DNA from: Bacillales bacterium UBA4855
Lineage (GTDB): Bacteria; Bacillota_I; Bacilli_A; RFN20; CAG-826
Direction of reading: 5' to 3'
DNA: 64,000 bases
NCBI GenBank assembly: GCA_002399785.1
Contig: DHEH01000004.1
Coordinates: 19,107 to 83,106, forward strand
Of the stretch, positions 17,850 to 26,677 are shown in pieces; the stretch's first letter is position 1, and every line of letters begins with the position of its first letter. The translations under genes and the position numbers were made by a program. The notes beneath the pieces were generated by a model. That model was not told where the DNA came from and made no database searches. It saw nothing but the letters and a program-made list of their open reading frames with translations.

Positions 17850-19086
17850 TTACGATACAGTCGTTATTGGCGGTGGCCCAGCTGGCCTAGCTAGCGCCAT
17901 TAGTGCGCACAATAATGGCGCAAAAGTCTTTTTAATTGAAAGAGAAGCACGACTTGGCGGAATTTTAAAACAATGTATTCATGATGGTTTTGGACTTCTT
18001 TATTTCAATGAAAAATTGTCAGGCCCAGAATATGCTCAAAATTTTATTGATAAATTTAATGAATTAAAAATTGAAAATACTACAAATAGTTTTGTTACAA
18101 AAATTACAAAAAAAGATGATCAATTTTTAATTGAATACGTTTCAGAAGACGGAGTAAAAGAAGTTTCTTCAAAGACCCTTATTTTATCTACTGGTTGCCG
18201 AGAAAGAACTTCAAAACAAGTTTTTATTAATGGAACAAGGCCATATGGCGTATTTTCTGCTAGTACCGCTCAATATTTTACGAATATTTTAGGTGTTTTA
18301 CCTTCAAAGAAATGCGTAATTTTAGGAAGTGGCGACATCGGATTAATTATGGCTCGAAGATTAACTCTTGAAGGAGTTAAAGTTCTTGGAGTTTATGAAA
18401 TTCTTCCTTCTCCATCAGGATTAACAAGAAATATTCATCAATGCTTATATGATTACAATATTCCACTTCATCTTTCACACACCATTACAAAATTATATGG
18501 AGAAAATAGATTAGAAGCTGTTGAAATTGCTCAAGTTGATGAAAAAATGCAACCAATTAAAGGAACAGAAGAAAAAATTGAGTGTGATGCATTGATTTTA
18601 TCAGTCGGTTTATTACCAGAAAATGAATTAGCTGAATCACTGGGAGTTCCACTTGATCCTAAAACTAGAGGCCCAATTGTCAACGAAAATTATATGACAA
18701 TGGTTGATGGGGTATTCACTTGTGGAAATGCAATGCAAGTTAATGATTTAGTTGATTACGTTTCGTTCACCGCTGAAAAAGCCGGACAAAGCGCTGCAAA
18801 ATATAAAATAAAAGAACAAACATATAATAATGTTGAAGCTAGTAAAGATTTCGGGTATGTCTTACCACAAAGATTGTCTAAAAATATTGAAAGTGAAAAT
18901 GTTGATTTCTATTTCCGTACCAAGAAAATTGAAGCTAAAGTTCAAGTTCAATTATTATGTAACGATAAAGTTATTTATTCTAAAACTTATCAACATCTTA
19001 AACCACCAGAGATGGAAAAAATCTCGATTAAATCAACTGATTTAATGATTAATGGAGATTTCAAACTTATTATGAAAAGAGGATAA
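17842..19086 (+). CDS. FAD/NAD(P)-binding pyridine-nucleotide-disulfide-type oxidoreductase (second subunit of the GlpA-like trio)
   Basis: I chose the start at 'MINYDTVVIGGGPAGLASA', with an AAAGAGAG SD-like run upstream and an 8-nt overlap with the previous stop. A second Rossmann motif is 'VILGSGDIGLIMA'. Confidence 0.8.
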   Translation: MINYDTVVIGGGPAGLASAISAHNNGAKVFLIEREARLGGILKQCIHDGFGLLYFNEKLSGPEYAQNFIDKFNELKIENTTNSFVTKITKKDDQFLIEYVSEDGVKEVSSKTLILSTGCRERTSKQVFINGTRPYGVFSASTAQYFTNILGVLPSKKCVILGSGDIGLIMARRLTLEGVKVLGVYEILPSPSGLTRNIHQCLYDYNIPLHLSHTITKLYGENRLEAVEIAQVDEKMQPIKGTEEKIECDALILSVGLLPENELAESLGVPLDPKTRGPIVNENYMTMVDGVFTCGNAMQVNDLVDYVSFTAEKAGQSAAKYKIKEQTYNNVEASKDFGYVLPQRLSKNIESENVDFYFRTKKIEAKVQVQLLCNDKVIYSKTYQHLKPPEMEKISIKSTDLMINGDFKLIMKRG

Positions 19087-19088
19087 TT

Positions 19089-19463
19089 ATGAAAGAATTA
19101 ACTTGTATAGTTTGCCCAAATAGTTGTTCTTTGAAAATTGAAAAAGTTAACGATGTATGGGTTGTAACCGAAAATAAATGTAAAAGAGGAGAGAAGTTTG
19201 CTATAAACGAGATGACGTGTCCGATGCGAACAATTTCTTCAACAGTTCGCACCACTTTCCCTGATGCACCAGTTGTTCCTGTAAGAGTTTCGGCAGAAAT
19301 TCCTAAAGATAAAATATTCGATGTTATGGAAGAAATTAATAAAGTAATTCTTGATAAACGAGTTAAAAGAGGATACAAAGTAATTAGTAGTTGTTTAGGA
19401 TTGAATGTGGACGTAATTGTCACAAGTAACATCCTAATTGAAAAAGGAGCGATTCATGAATAA
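19089..19463 (+). CDS. DUF1667-domain protein (third component commonly linked to the two flavoproteins)
   Basis: 124 aa. The N-terminal 'LTCIVCPNSCSL....CKRG' Cys cluster and the position after the two oxidoreductases match the DUF1667 pattern. Confidence 0.65.
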   Translation: MKELTCIVCPNSCSLKIEKVNDVWVVTENKCKRGEKFAINEMTCPMRTISSTVRTTFPDAPVVPVRVSAEIPKDKIFDVMEEINKVILDKRVKRGYKVISSCLGLNVDVIVTSNILIEKGAIHE

Positions 19464-20997
19464 TACCGAACCATTAGTATTCTCATTTGACTTTGGAACA
19501 CAAAGCGTTCGTGCTATGTTAGTTGATAAATGTGGCAAAATAGTTGCTTTGGTTAGAGAAAAATATCTTCCATCATACTACTCAAAAAAGATTGGTTACG
19601 CTGAACAATCATTTGATACCTATTATAAACACGCTTGCCTTGCTTCAAATAAATTAAAGGAGCAAAACAAAGAATTGTTTGAAAATATAATTTGTGTCAC
19701 CATTACTACAATTCGCGATACCTTCACTTGTACCGACGAAAAAGGTAATCCAATTAGAGATTTTATTCTTTGGTTAGATCAAAGAAGAGCTGAAGAACAA
19801 GAAAAGATGCCCTTATTTAAACGATTAATATTTAAAGCAGTTGGTATGGAATATGCTATAGAAAGACAAAGAGAAATATGTCGACCAGCATGGATTCGAC
19901 AAAACGAACCCGATTTATGGTCTAAAACTAAAAAATTTTGTAATATTAGCGCCATCTTAAATGCAAGATTAACTGGAAATTTTGTCGATTGTGACGCTTC
20001 TTGCATCGGTCGTGTTCCGTTTAATTATAAAAAACGTAACTGGATGAAAAGTAATGAACTTACTTATGAATTATTCGGTCTTGAACCTGACAAATTTATA
20101 AAAATTGTTAAACCAACTTCAAAAATTGGTGAAATTACAAGAAAAGCATCTCTTGAAACCGGTTTAAAAGAAGGATTACCAGTTATTGCTAGCGGTTCTG
20201 ATAAAGGATGCGAAACCATCGAATCTGGCGTTATGAATAATTATTCAGCAGCTCTTTCAATGGGCACTAGCGCCACAATTCAATTTGCTACTAAAAAATA
20301 TGTTGAACCAACAGCCTTCTTACCAGCTTATCCTTCTCCAAACCCAGATTTCTATAATCCTGAGTTACAAGTTATGCGCGCTGGTTGGATGTTCTATTGG
20401 TTTATTGAAAACTTCGGGTACGAAGATAAATTGATAGCTGCAAAAGAAGGTGTTTCTCCAGAACACATTCTCAATCGTCAACTCGATAAAGTACCACTTG
20501 GTTCTGGAGGGTTAATATTGCTCCCTTATTGGAATGCTCCACTAAAACAACCTGAAGCCAGAGGTTCAATTCTAGGTTTTATGCCAGATCACAATAAATA
20601 TTATATATATCGTGCAATTATGGAAGGTGTTGTCTTTACTCTCTATCAAGGATTTAAAACATTAGAGAAAAATTCAAAACATCACACTAAATTTCTTGTA
20701 ATCTCTGGAGGAAGTTCAGTCAGCGAAACAATTTGTCAAATTGTTGCTGATATCTTTAATCTTCCAGTCAAAAGATCAAAAGAAAGTGAAGCATGTGGAT
20801 TAGGTTCAGCAATGTGTGGATTCGTTGGAATGGGAATATATAAATCATTCAATGAAGCTGCTAGCAACATGGTAGGTTATGCTAAAACTTACGAACCAAT
20901 TAAAGAAAATCACCAAGAATACGAAAAAATATATCAAACTAAATTTAAAAAGATATATCCAAGCATTCGTGGGGTTTATAAAAATTACATAAAATAA
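19456..20997 (+). CDS. FGGY-family carbohydrate/polyol kinase
   Basis: I set the start at MNNTEP (AAAGGAG SD 7 nt upstream). 'FSFDFGTQSVRAMLVD' is the phosphate-1 motif and 'ISGGSSVSETICQIVADIFNLPV' is the C-terminal FGGY motif. Confidence 0.85.
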   Translation: MNNTEPLVFSFDFGTQSVRAMLVDKCGKIVALVREKYLPSYYSKKIGYAEQSFDTYYKHACLASNKLKEQNKELFENIICVTITTIRDTFTCTDEKGNPIRDFILWLDQRRAEEQEKMPLFKRLIFKAVGMEYAIERQREICRPAWIRQNEPDLWSKTKKFCNISAILNARLTGNFVDCDASCIGRVPFNYKKRNWMKSNELTYELFGLEPDKFIKIVKPTSKIGEITRKASLETGLKEGLPVIASGSDKGCETIESGVMNNYSAALSMGTSATIQFATKKYVEPTAFLPAYPSPNPDFYNPELQVMRAGWMFYWFIENFGYEDKLIAAKEGVSPEHILNRQLDKVPLGSGGLILLPYWNAPLKQPEARGSILGFMPDHNKYYIYRAIMEGVVFTLYQGFKTLEKNSKHHTKFLVISGGSSVSETICQIVADIFNLPVKRSKESEACGLGSAMCGFVGMGIYKSFNEAASNMVGYAKTYEPIKENHQEYEKIYQTKFKKIYPSIRGVYKNYIK

Positions 20998-21010
20998 AGG
21001 AAACAAAATT

Positions 21011-22744
21011 ATGACAAAAAAGAAAGAAGAATTTTTACCAAAATGGGTGACTGAAGAAGCTTCTCCAAGATCTTATAGATCAATCGGAAGATGGGGAGAT
21101 CCAAAATTCGTCAAATTCCCAAAACCTGCTTTATACAAATTTATGAAGCAAACATTTAATATGACTGACGAGGATTTCAAGCACTATCATAACGATATTG
21201 GTTTAGAAGATGTCGATATTAAAATTCCAACAAAAATGAGCGAAAAAGATATTAAAGCTTTTGCACAAATTGTTGGTGAAAAAAATATTTCACTCGATGT
21301 TTACGATAGATTATTCGTAATGTACGGAAAAACATTATATGACGTCATGAGAATTAGAGAGCATAAATTCGATAGTGTTCCTGATTTAGTTGTTTATCCA
21401 GAAGATACCGATCAAATCGAAAAAATAGTTGCTTATTGTACTGAAAATAAGATCCCACTTTATGTTTATGGTGGAGGATCAAGTGTCACTCGTGGTGTTG
21501 AACCAATTAAAGGCGGTGTCTCTCTTGATATGAGACGTAATTTCAATAAAGTCTTATCATTTAATGATATCGATCAAACCATCACTGTTCAAGCTGGTAT
21601 GAGTGGACCTGATTTAGAAAAACATCTTAATAATGCTATGCAAGAATTTAATGCATCTAGAGCTTATACTTGCGGTCACTTCCCACAATCATTTGAATAT
21701 TCTTCAGTTGGTGGTTGGGTTGTTACTCGTGGAGCTGGACAAAATAGTACATATTACGGTGTCATTGCTGATATCGTTTTATCACAAAAATACGCTACAC
21801 CAATCGGAACTATTAAAACTTCCCACTATCCTCGTGAATCAACCGGACCAAATCTTAATCAAATTATGATGGGATCAGAAGGAACATTTGGTGTTTTAAC
21901 TGAAGTAACTTTAAAAGTCTTTAGATATATGCCAAAAAATCGTAAAAGATATTCTTATATGTTTAAAAACTGGCAAGATGCTATGAATGCCGCTCGTGAA
22001 ATCATGCAAAGCGAAGATGGCTATCCATCAGCTTTTAGAGTATCTGACCCAGAAGAAACCGATATGATGCTTAAATTATATAATGTTGATGATTCACCAT
22101 TACGTTATTTCTTAGCTGGTTTTGAACCAATGAAAAGAAGTTTAATGTTAGGTTTTACTGAAGGAGACAAAGAATATTCCAAAAATGTTCGTAAAACAAT
22201 CGCTCGTGTCGCTAGAAAATATCATGCTCGTTCTTTAACTGGGCTTGTTTGCAAAAGCTGGGAACACGGAAGATTTAACGATCCATATTTAAGAGATACC
22301 CTTCTTGATTTTGGCATTGCTACCGATACTTTAGAGTGTACTGTCAATTGGTCAAATATGGCTCAAGTTCACGAAGAAGTTCGTAAAATTTGTCACGCTA
22401 GACCAAATACAGTCGTTACCACTCACTTGTCACATGCTTATCCACAAGGTGCTAACTTATATTTCATTTTTATCACTCATAGTGAAACTAGTGAAGATTT
22501 TAAAAAGTACCACACCACTATTCTTGATGCTATTCAAAAGAGTGGAGCTGCTATTAGTCACCACCATGGTGTCGGAAAAATGTTTGCTCCATGGCTTGAA
22601 GGCTACATGGGCAGAAAAGAATTCGGTATCTACCATGTTTTAAAAGATTATTTCGACAAAGATTATTTAATGAATCCAGGCGGAACAATTGGTTTAGATC
22701 TTGAAGAAAAAGACAAAAAATTCTTAAGAGACGACATTAAATAA
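21011..22744 (+). CDS. FAD-linked oxidase, alkyl-dihydroxyacetonephosphate-synthase (AGPS)-like
   Basis: PCMH-type FAD domain ('VVYPEDTDQIEKIV...YVYGGGSSV'). 'VGGWVVTRGAGQNSTYYG', 'STGPNLNQIMMGSEGTFGVLTEVTLKV', 'HLSHAYPQGANLYFIF' and an 'HHHGVGK' loop all resemble AGPS blocks. Confidence 0.75.
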   Translation: MTKKKEEFLPKWVTEEASPRSYRSIGRWGDPKFVKFPKPALYKFMKQTFNMTDEDFKHYHNDIGLEDVDIKIPTKMSEKDIKAFAQIVGEKNISLDVYDRLFVMYGKTLYDVMRIREHKFDSVPDLVVYPEDTDQIEKIVAYCTENKIPLYVYGGGSSVTRGVEPIKGGVSLDMRRNFNKVLSFNDIDQTITVQAGMSGPDLEKHLNNAMQEFNASRAYTCGHFPQSFEYSSVGGWVVTRGAGQNSTYYGVIADIVLSQKYATPIGTIKTSHYPRESTGPNLNQIMMGSEGTFGVLTEVTLKVFRYMPKNRKRYSYMFKNWQDAMNAAREIMQSEDGYPSAFRVSDPEETDMMLKLYNVDDSPLRYFLAGFEPMKRSLMLGFTEGDKEYSKNVRKTIARVARKYHARSLTGLVCKSWEHGRFNDPYLRDTLLDFGIATDTLECTVNWSNMAQVHEEVRKICHARPNTVVTTHLSHAYPQGANLYFIFITHSETSEDFKKYHTTILDAIQKSGAAISHHHGVGKMFAPWLEGYMGRKEFGIYHVLKDYFDKDYLMNPGGTIGLDLEEKDKKFLRDDIK

Positions 22745-22756
22745 GTTTTTAAAAAT

Positions 22757-22815
22757 CGCCTAATTGCATCCCTCCCATTATTCTTAATCTCATATATAAA
22801 CAATTAGGCGTTTTT
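22757..22815 (+). terminator. Long-loop hairpin plus T-run after the 21011 gene
   Basis: CGCCTAATTG (22757-22766) pairs with CAATTAGGCG (22801-22810) and is followed by TTTTT. The loop is 34 nt, so this is a weak terminator. Confidence 0.4.
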
Positions 22816-22845
22816 ATTTGCTTAAATTCACAATAAACAAAAAAG

Positions 22846-22867
22846 TAACGCTTTTTCCAAAGCGTTA
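22846..22867 (-). terminator. Rho-independent terminator after the enoate-reductase gene
   Basis: Stem TAACGCTT/AAGCGTTA (8 bp, 6-nt loop) with an A-run on the plus strand (a T-run on the minus strand), 36 nt past the stop. Confidence 0.5.
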
Positions 22868-22902
22868 TTTTAATATTTTTTTAGATTATAAAAGAAAAAT
22901 CT

Positions 22903-24954
22903 TTATAATTTCATTGCAATATTCCAGGCATTCCAAACAGCAGACATGATATTGCCAACTTTATTGCAATCACCGATGAGATGAACCTTCTTATCTTTAC
23001 TAAGTGGAGCTTCACTATAGCCAACGCACATAATGACATCGCTACATTTTAAAGTGACATCTTTGCCATCTTTAGTAGTAATAATTGCGCTACCATCTTT
23101 AATTTCTTTAATTTTTGATTCAAGATAAACAGGAGTTTTATTGTAAGCAAAATAATCACGTAAATAACTTGAATTTGCTAAACACACTCCGTGAGCAGCA
23201 ATTAAATCATCTTTCATCTCAACAATAACTGGTTTTTTACCTTTTAAGCAAAGGTCATAAGCAATTTCACATCCAGTTAGAGATCCGCCAATAATAACGA
23301 CGTTATCGCCAACTTCTTTAGTGTGATTAAGGAAATCAACAGCTGACATCGCTAATTCGTAACCAGGAACTCTAATGACTCTTGCCTTGGCTCCGGTAGC
23401 AACGATGATTTCATCTTCTTTTAAGGATGATAAATCTTTAATTTCTGAATTAAATTTAACAGGAATATTCAAATCTTTAACTTGTTTACGGTACCAAGCA
23501 ATTAAGGCTTGGTCTTTCTCTTTAAATGAAAAGGAAGAAGCTGGAATAAAGACTCCACCTAAAACTGAACTCTTCTCATAAATTGTTGGTTTATGACCAC
23601 GTAAAGCTAAAACTCGAGCAGCTTCCATACCAGCAATTCCACCACCAATAATAGCGACAGTTTTGCTCTTTTTGGCTTTTTCAATATGATATTTCTTACT
23701 GTTCATCGAGGAAGGATTGACGGCACAGTGGCACATTCCTCTAGTTTCAGAAAGTGTTTGATCATTTGGTACGCCTTTATAATGGCAAAGATTAAAGCAT
23801 CCACTATGGCAACAAATACAAGGTCTAATGTCATCTTCGCTTTCATTAATCAATTTATGGACCCAATCAGGATCAGCTAAGAATTGACGACCAACACCCA
23901 TAGCATCTATTTTATTTTCTTTAATTTTTTCTGCACCAAAATCTGGTTCATTTCTTCCACCAACTACAACTGGAATTGATACGACTTTTTTAACTTCTTC
24001 AGCTTCCATATAGTTGCAGTTAAGAGGCATGTACATTGGTGGATGATTCCAATACCAAGCATCGTAAGTTCCGTTATCGCAGTTAAGCATATCGTAACCA
24101 GCATCTTGAAGATATTTTGCGGCTTTGAGTCCTTCTTCTAAATCTCTTCCGGCTTCAACATATTTTTCGCCTGGAAGGGCTCCTTCACGGTATCCTTTAG
24201 TTTTACTAACTACTGAATAACGAAGAGAAACTGGATAATCTTTACCACAAGCAGCTTTAATTGCATGAACAATTTCAACTGGAAATCTATAACGATTTTC
24301 AAATGATCCGCCATATTCATCTGTACGATGATTTGTATATTTCATAGTAAATTGATCGATTAAATAGCCTTCATGAACAGCATGAACTTCAATTCCGTCA
24401 ACACCAGCTTCTTTACAAAGTTTGGCAGTTTTTGCGAAAGCCTCGACTAATTTGTTAATTCTTTTAATTGTAATTTCTTTACTAGGAATTTTATCGCTCC
24501 AACGATTTGGCTCAGCACTAGGAGCTGCAGTTAAATCATCGACATTAAGAATTGGTTTAGCTAAATAACGAAGAAGAGGATTGCTTCCAATGGCTTCAAT
24601 TGGTTGACTAACAGCAAAAGCACGACCAAAACCAGCAGTAAGTTGAATAAATAACTTAGCACCAGTTTTATGAATTTCATCCATAAATTTCTTAAGTTGT
24701 TTAAATTTACCTTTTCCTTGATAAAGCCATTTTGGGCCTACCATATCATGAACTGGAGCAATTCCTGGAAGAATCAATCCACAATCGTTTTGAGCAATTT
24801 CTAACAAAAGCTTTGCTGCTTCTTTATCAAAATGATTTGGCTCACTAAATCCAAAAATACATGTTCCGCCCATAGGTAACATAACAATACGATTTTTAAT
24901 TTCTACATTTCCTATTTTCCAAGGAGTGAACAATGGTTCATACTTTTTTTCCAT
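22903..24954 (-). CDS. FMN / [4Fe-4S] / FAD enoate-reductase-family oxidoreductase (2,4-dienoyl-CoA reductase / BaiCD / FldZ architecture)
   Basis: 683 aa with an OYE-like N-terminal TIM barrel, the Cys cluster 'CICCHSGCFNLCHYKG....CHCAVNP', then 'VAIIGGGIAGMEAA' and 'VVIIGGSLTGCEIA' dinucleotide folds. Confidence 0.85.
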   Translation of the reverse strand: MEKKYEPLFTPWKIGNVEIKNRIVMLPMGGTCIFGFSEPNHFDKEAAKLLLEIAQNDCGLILPGIAPVHDMVGPKWLYQGKGKFKQLKKFMDEIHKTGAKLFIQLTAGFGRAFAVSQPIEAIGSNPLLRYLAKPILNVDDLTAAPSAEPNRWSDKIPSKEITIKRINKLVEAFAKTAKLCKEAGVDGIEVHAVHEGYLIDQFTMKYTNHRTDEYGGSFENRYRFPVEIVHAIKAACGKDYPVSLRYSVVSKTKGYREGALPGEKYVEAGRDLEEGLKAAKYLQDAGYDMLNCDNGTYDAWYWNHPPMYMPLNCNYMEAEEVKKVVSIPVVVGGRNEPDFGAEKIKENKIDAMGVGRQFLADPDWVHKLINESEDDIRPCICCHSGCFNLCHYKGVPNDQTLSETRGMCHCAVNPSSMNSKKYHIEKAKKSKTVAIIGGGIAGMEAARVLALRGHKPTIYEKSSVLGGVFIPASSFSFKEKDQALIAWYRKQVKDLNIPVKFNSEIKDLSSLKEDEIIVATGAKARVIRVPGYELAMSAVDFLNHTKEVGDNVVIIGGSLTGCEIAYDLCLKGKKPVIVEMKDDLIAAHGVCLANSSYLRDYFAYNKTPVYLESKIKEIKDGSAIITTKDGKDVTLKCSDVIMCVGYSEAPLSKDKKVHLIGDCNKVGNIMSAVWNAWNIAMKL

Positions 24955-24957
24955 ATT

Positions 24958-25701
24958 TTATTTTTCCTTTCGTGCGCTATTTGCCTTGCCTACCATCTTT
25001 TTATGAAATTCTTTCATTTCATCGACTTCGGCACATACCGGTTTCCAAGCACATTTTTTACAATTCATTACAGAATCTTTTAACATATGATTATAAGCTT
25101 CACTTCTTTCGTGAGACTTATTAGCAATAAATTCAAGTTCATTATAAGATACATTAACGGAAGTAACAAATAATATTTTTACTCCTAATACATGAGGATC
25201 TTTATGAAATTCATGAATGAATTCATTACCAATTTGAGCAAAATTAAGCTTATTTTTAATTGCATCTTTACTAACTCGAACTTGTTCTCGTAATGTAAGC
25301 GCACTTGCTCTAATCATAAAACCTTTGATAGCAATATTATATTTACTGATTTCAATATTTTTTAATATTTCATAGAAACTATCAGGTCCGTTTTTTTCAA
25401 CATCATCGACAAGTAAGAAAACAATTCGTGCATAAGAGCAATCAGTTTTAATTTCATTTAAATCTGGTCCAATTAAGATAACTTCATCCTTATCTATAAT
25501 AGTTTTATCTTGGGTAACAGCTAAGAAAGATAAACTATCGTAACCACCAGCACCTAATTCATAAGCTGTTTCTTTTTGTAAAATGAGTTCATTATGTTCC
25601 CCTAAAGGAGCAAGATTTTTCTCATCGTAAACAAATGACTTTTTAGAAAAAGGTTTAAGATAAGTTAAGGTTTCGTTAATTAAATCATCAAATGCTTTCA
25701 C
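24958..25701 (-). CDS. Stand-alone protein resembling the middle domain of acetyl-CoA synthase (AcsB/CdhC), with a short C-terminal Cys motif
   Basis: GTG start with an AAAGAGGA SD. 'ETAYELG....VILIGPDLNEI', 'VRVSKDAIKN' and the C-terminal 'CKKCAWKPVC' parallel, from my memory of Moorella AcsB, 'PAFELV...IEVIGPDIDQI', 'LRVSKDAV' and 'CVLCQSFAPNHVC'. Confidence 0.45.
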   Translation of the reverse strand: MKAFDDLINETLTYLKPFSKKSFVYDEKNLAPLGEHNELILQKETAYELGAGGYDSLSFLAVTQDKTIIDKDEVILIGPDLNEIKTDCSYARIVFLLVDDVEKNGPDSFYEILKNIEISKYNIAIKGFMIRASALTLREQVRVSKDAIKNKLNFAQIGNEFIHEFHKDPHVLGVKILFVTSVNVSYNELEFIANKSHERSEAYNHMLKDSVMNCKKCAWKPVCAEVDEMKEFHKKMVGKANSARKEK

Positions 25702-25868
25702 TAAATATCCTCTTTTTGATGTTTTTTATCATGATGCTTTATTAACATATTATATACTTTTTCAACTAACTTCATATCGCCGTTGGTTATATAAATGATG
25801 AAAATAACAACAAAGAATAAAACAATTAAACTACCCAATACTATTAAAAGTATCCAATACCATGCCAT
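25701..25868 (-). CDS. Unlisted 55-aa single-TM peptide gene inside the operon
   Basis: My own translation gives MAWYWILLIVLGSLIVLFFVVIFIIYITNGDMKLVEKVYNMLIKHHDKKHQKEDI*. The ATG lies 2 nt after the activase stop, and its TAG overlaps the GTG of the next gene (TAGTG). It is below the ORF-track length cutoff. Confidence 0.4.
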   Translation of the reverse strand: MAWYWILLIVLGSLIVLFFVVIFIIYITNGDMKLVEKVYNMLIKHHDKKHQKEDI

Positions 25869-25870
25869 AA

Positions 25871-26662
25871 TTATTCCATTCCTTTTTGTCTAGCAAACTC
25901 AGCGGCACCTAAAGCTCCCATAAGTTGTGGGTCAGTAGATAATTCGATAACTTTAATATGCAAAACGTTTTCAATGGCTTGTTTTAAGCCTTTATTTTTA
26001 GCACATCCACCAGTTAAAGCAATTTGATCAGTTGCGCCGGCTTTTTTAGCCATAATAAAGCAACGTTTTGCAACTGCTTGTTCGATACCAGCAGCAATTT
26101 CTTCACGTGGTTTTCCTTCACCAACTAAAGTTATAACTTCTGATTCAGCAAAAACTGTACATTGAGCAGTAATTGCAATGACATTTTTAGCTGTTAAAGA
26201 AAGATCAGAGAATTGGTCGAGAGTTAACTTAAAGGCTCTAGCCATAGTTTCAAAGAAACGTCCAGTTCCAGCGGCACATTTATCGTTCATAGCAAACTCT
26301 TTAACAGTTCCATCTTCATCAATAGCAATACCTTTAACGTCTTGTCCACCAATATCAATGATGGCTTTTACTTCAGGATTTGTAACGTGAACGCCCATAG
26401 CGTGACAAGAAATTTCTGAAATGTTTTCTTGAGCTTGAGGAACTTTATTTCTTCCGTAGCCTGTACCGATAAGATAAGTGAAATCATTGAGTGATTTCAT
26501 TTCAGGAATTTGTTTAATTACTTCTTCTAAGCCTTCTTTAGCACTAATTTCGCTATTGATGTCGCTAGGAATTGTTGCATGAGCAATCATCTTTCCTTCT
26601 TCGTCTAAAATTACACATTTTGTATAGGTTGAACCTACATCACATCCACCAAAATATTTCAT
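25871..26662 (-). CDS. ATP-dependent activase of the 2-hydroxyacyl-CoA dehydratase / benzoyl-CoA reductase family (HgdC/BcrAD_BadFG type)
   Basis: 'GCDVGSTYTKCVILD', 'IIDIGGQDVKGI', 'MNDKCAAGTGRFFE', 'AQCTVFAESEV' and 'LTGGCAKNKGL' are the ASKHA ATPase motifs plus the two cluster-bridging Cys. Confidence 0.9.
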   Translation of the reverse strand: MKYFGGCDVGSTYTKCVILDEEGKMIAHATIPSDINSEISAKEGLEEVIKQIPEMKSLNDFTYLIGTGYGRNKVPQAQENISEISCHAMGVHVTNPEVKAIIDIGGQDVKGIAIDEDGTVKEFAMNDKCAAGTGRFFETMARAFKLTLDQFSDLSLTAKNVIAITAQCTVFAESEVITLVGEGKPREEIAAGIEQAVAKRCFIMAKKAGATDQIALTGGCAKNKGLKQAIENVLHIKVIELSTDPQLMGALGAAEFARQKGME

Positions 26663-26677
26663 ATTTTTACTCCTTTA

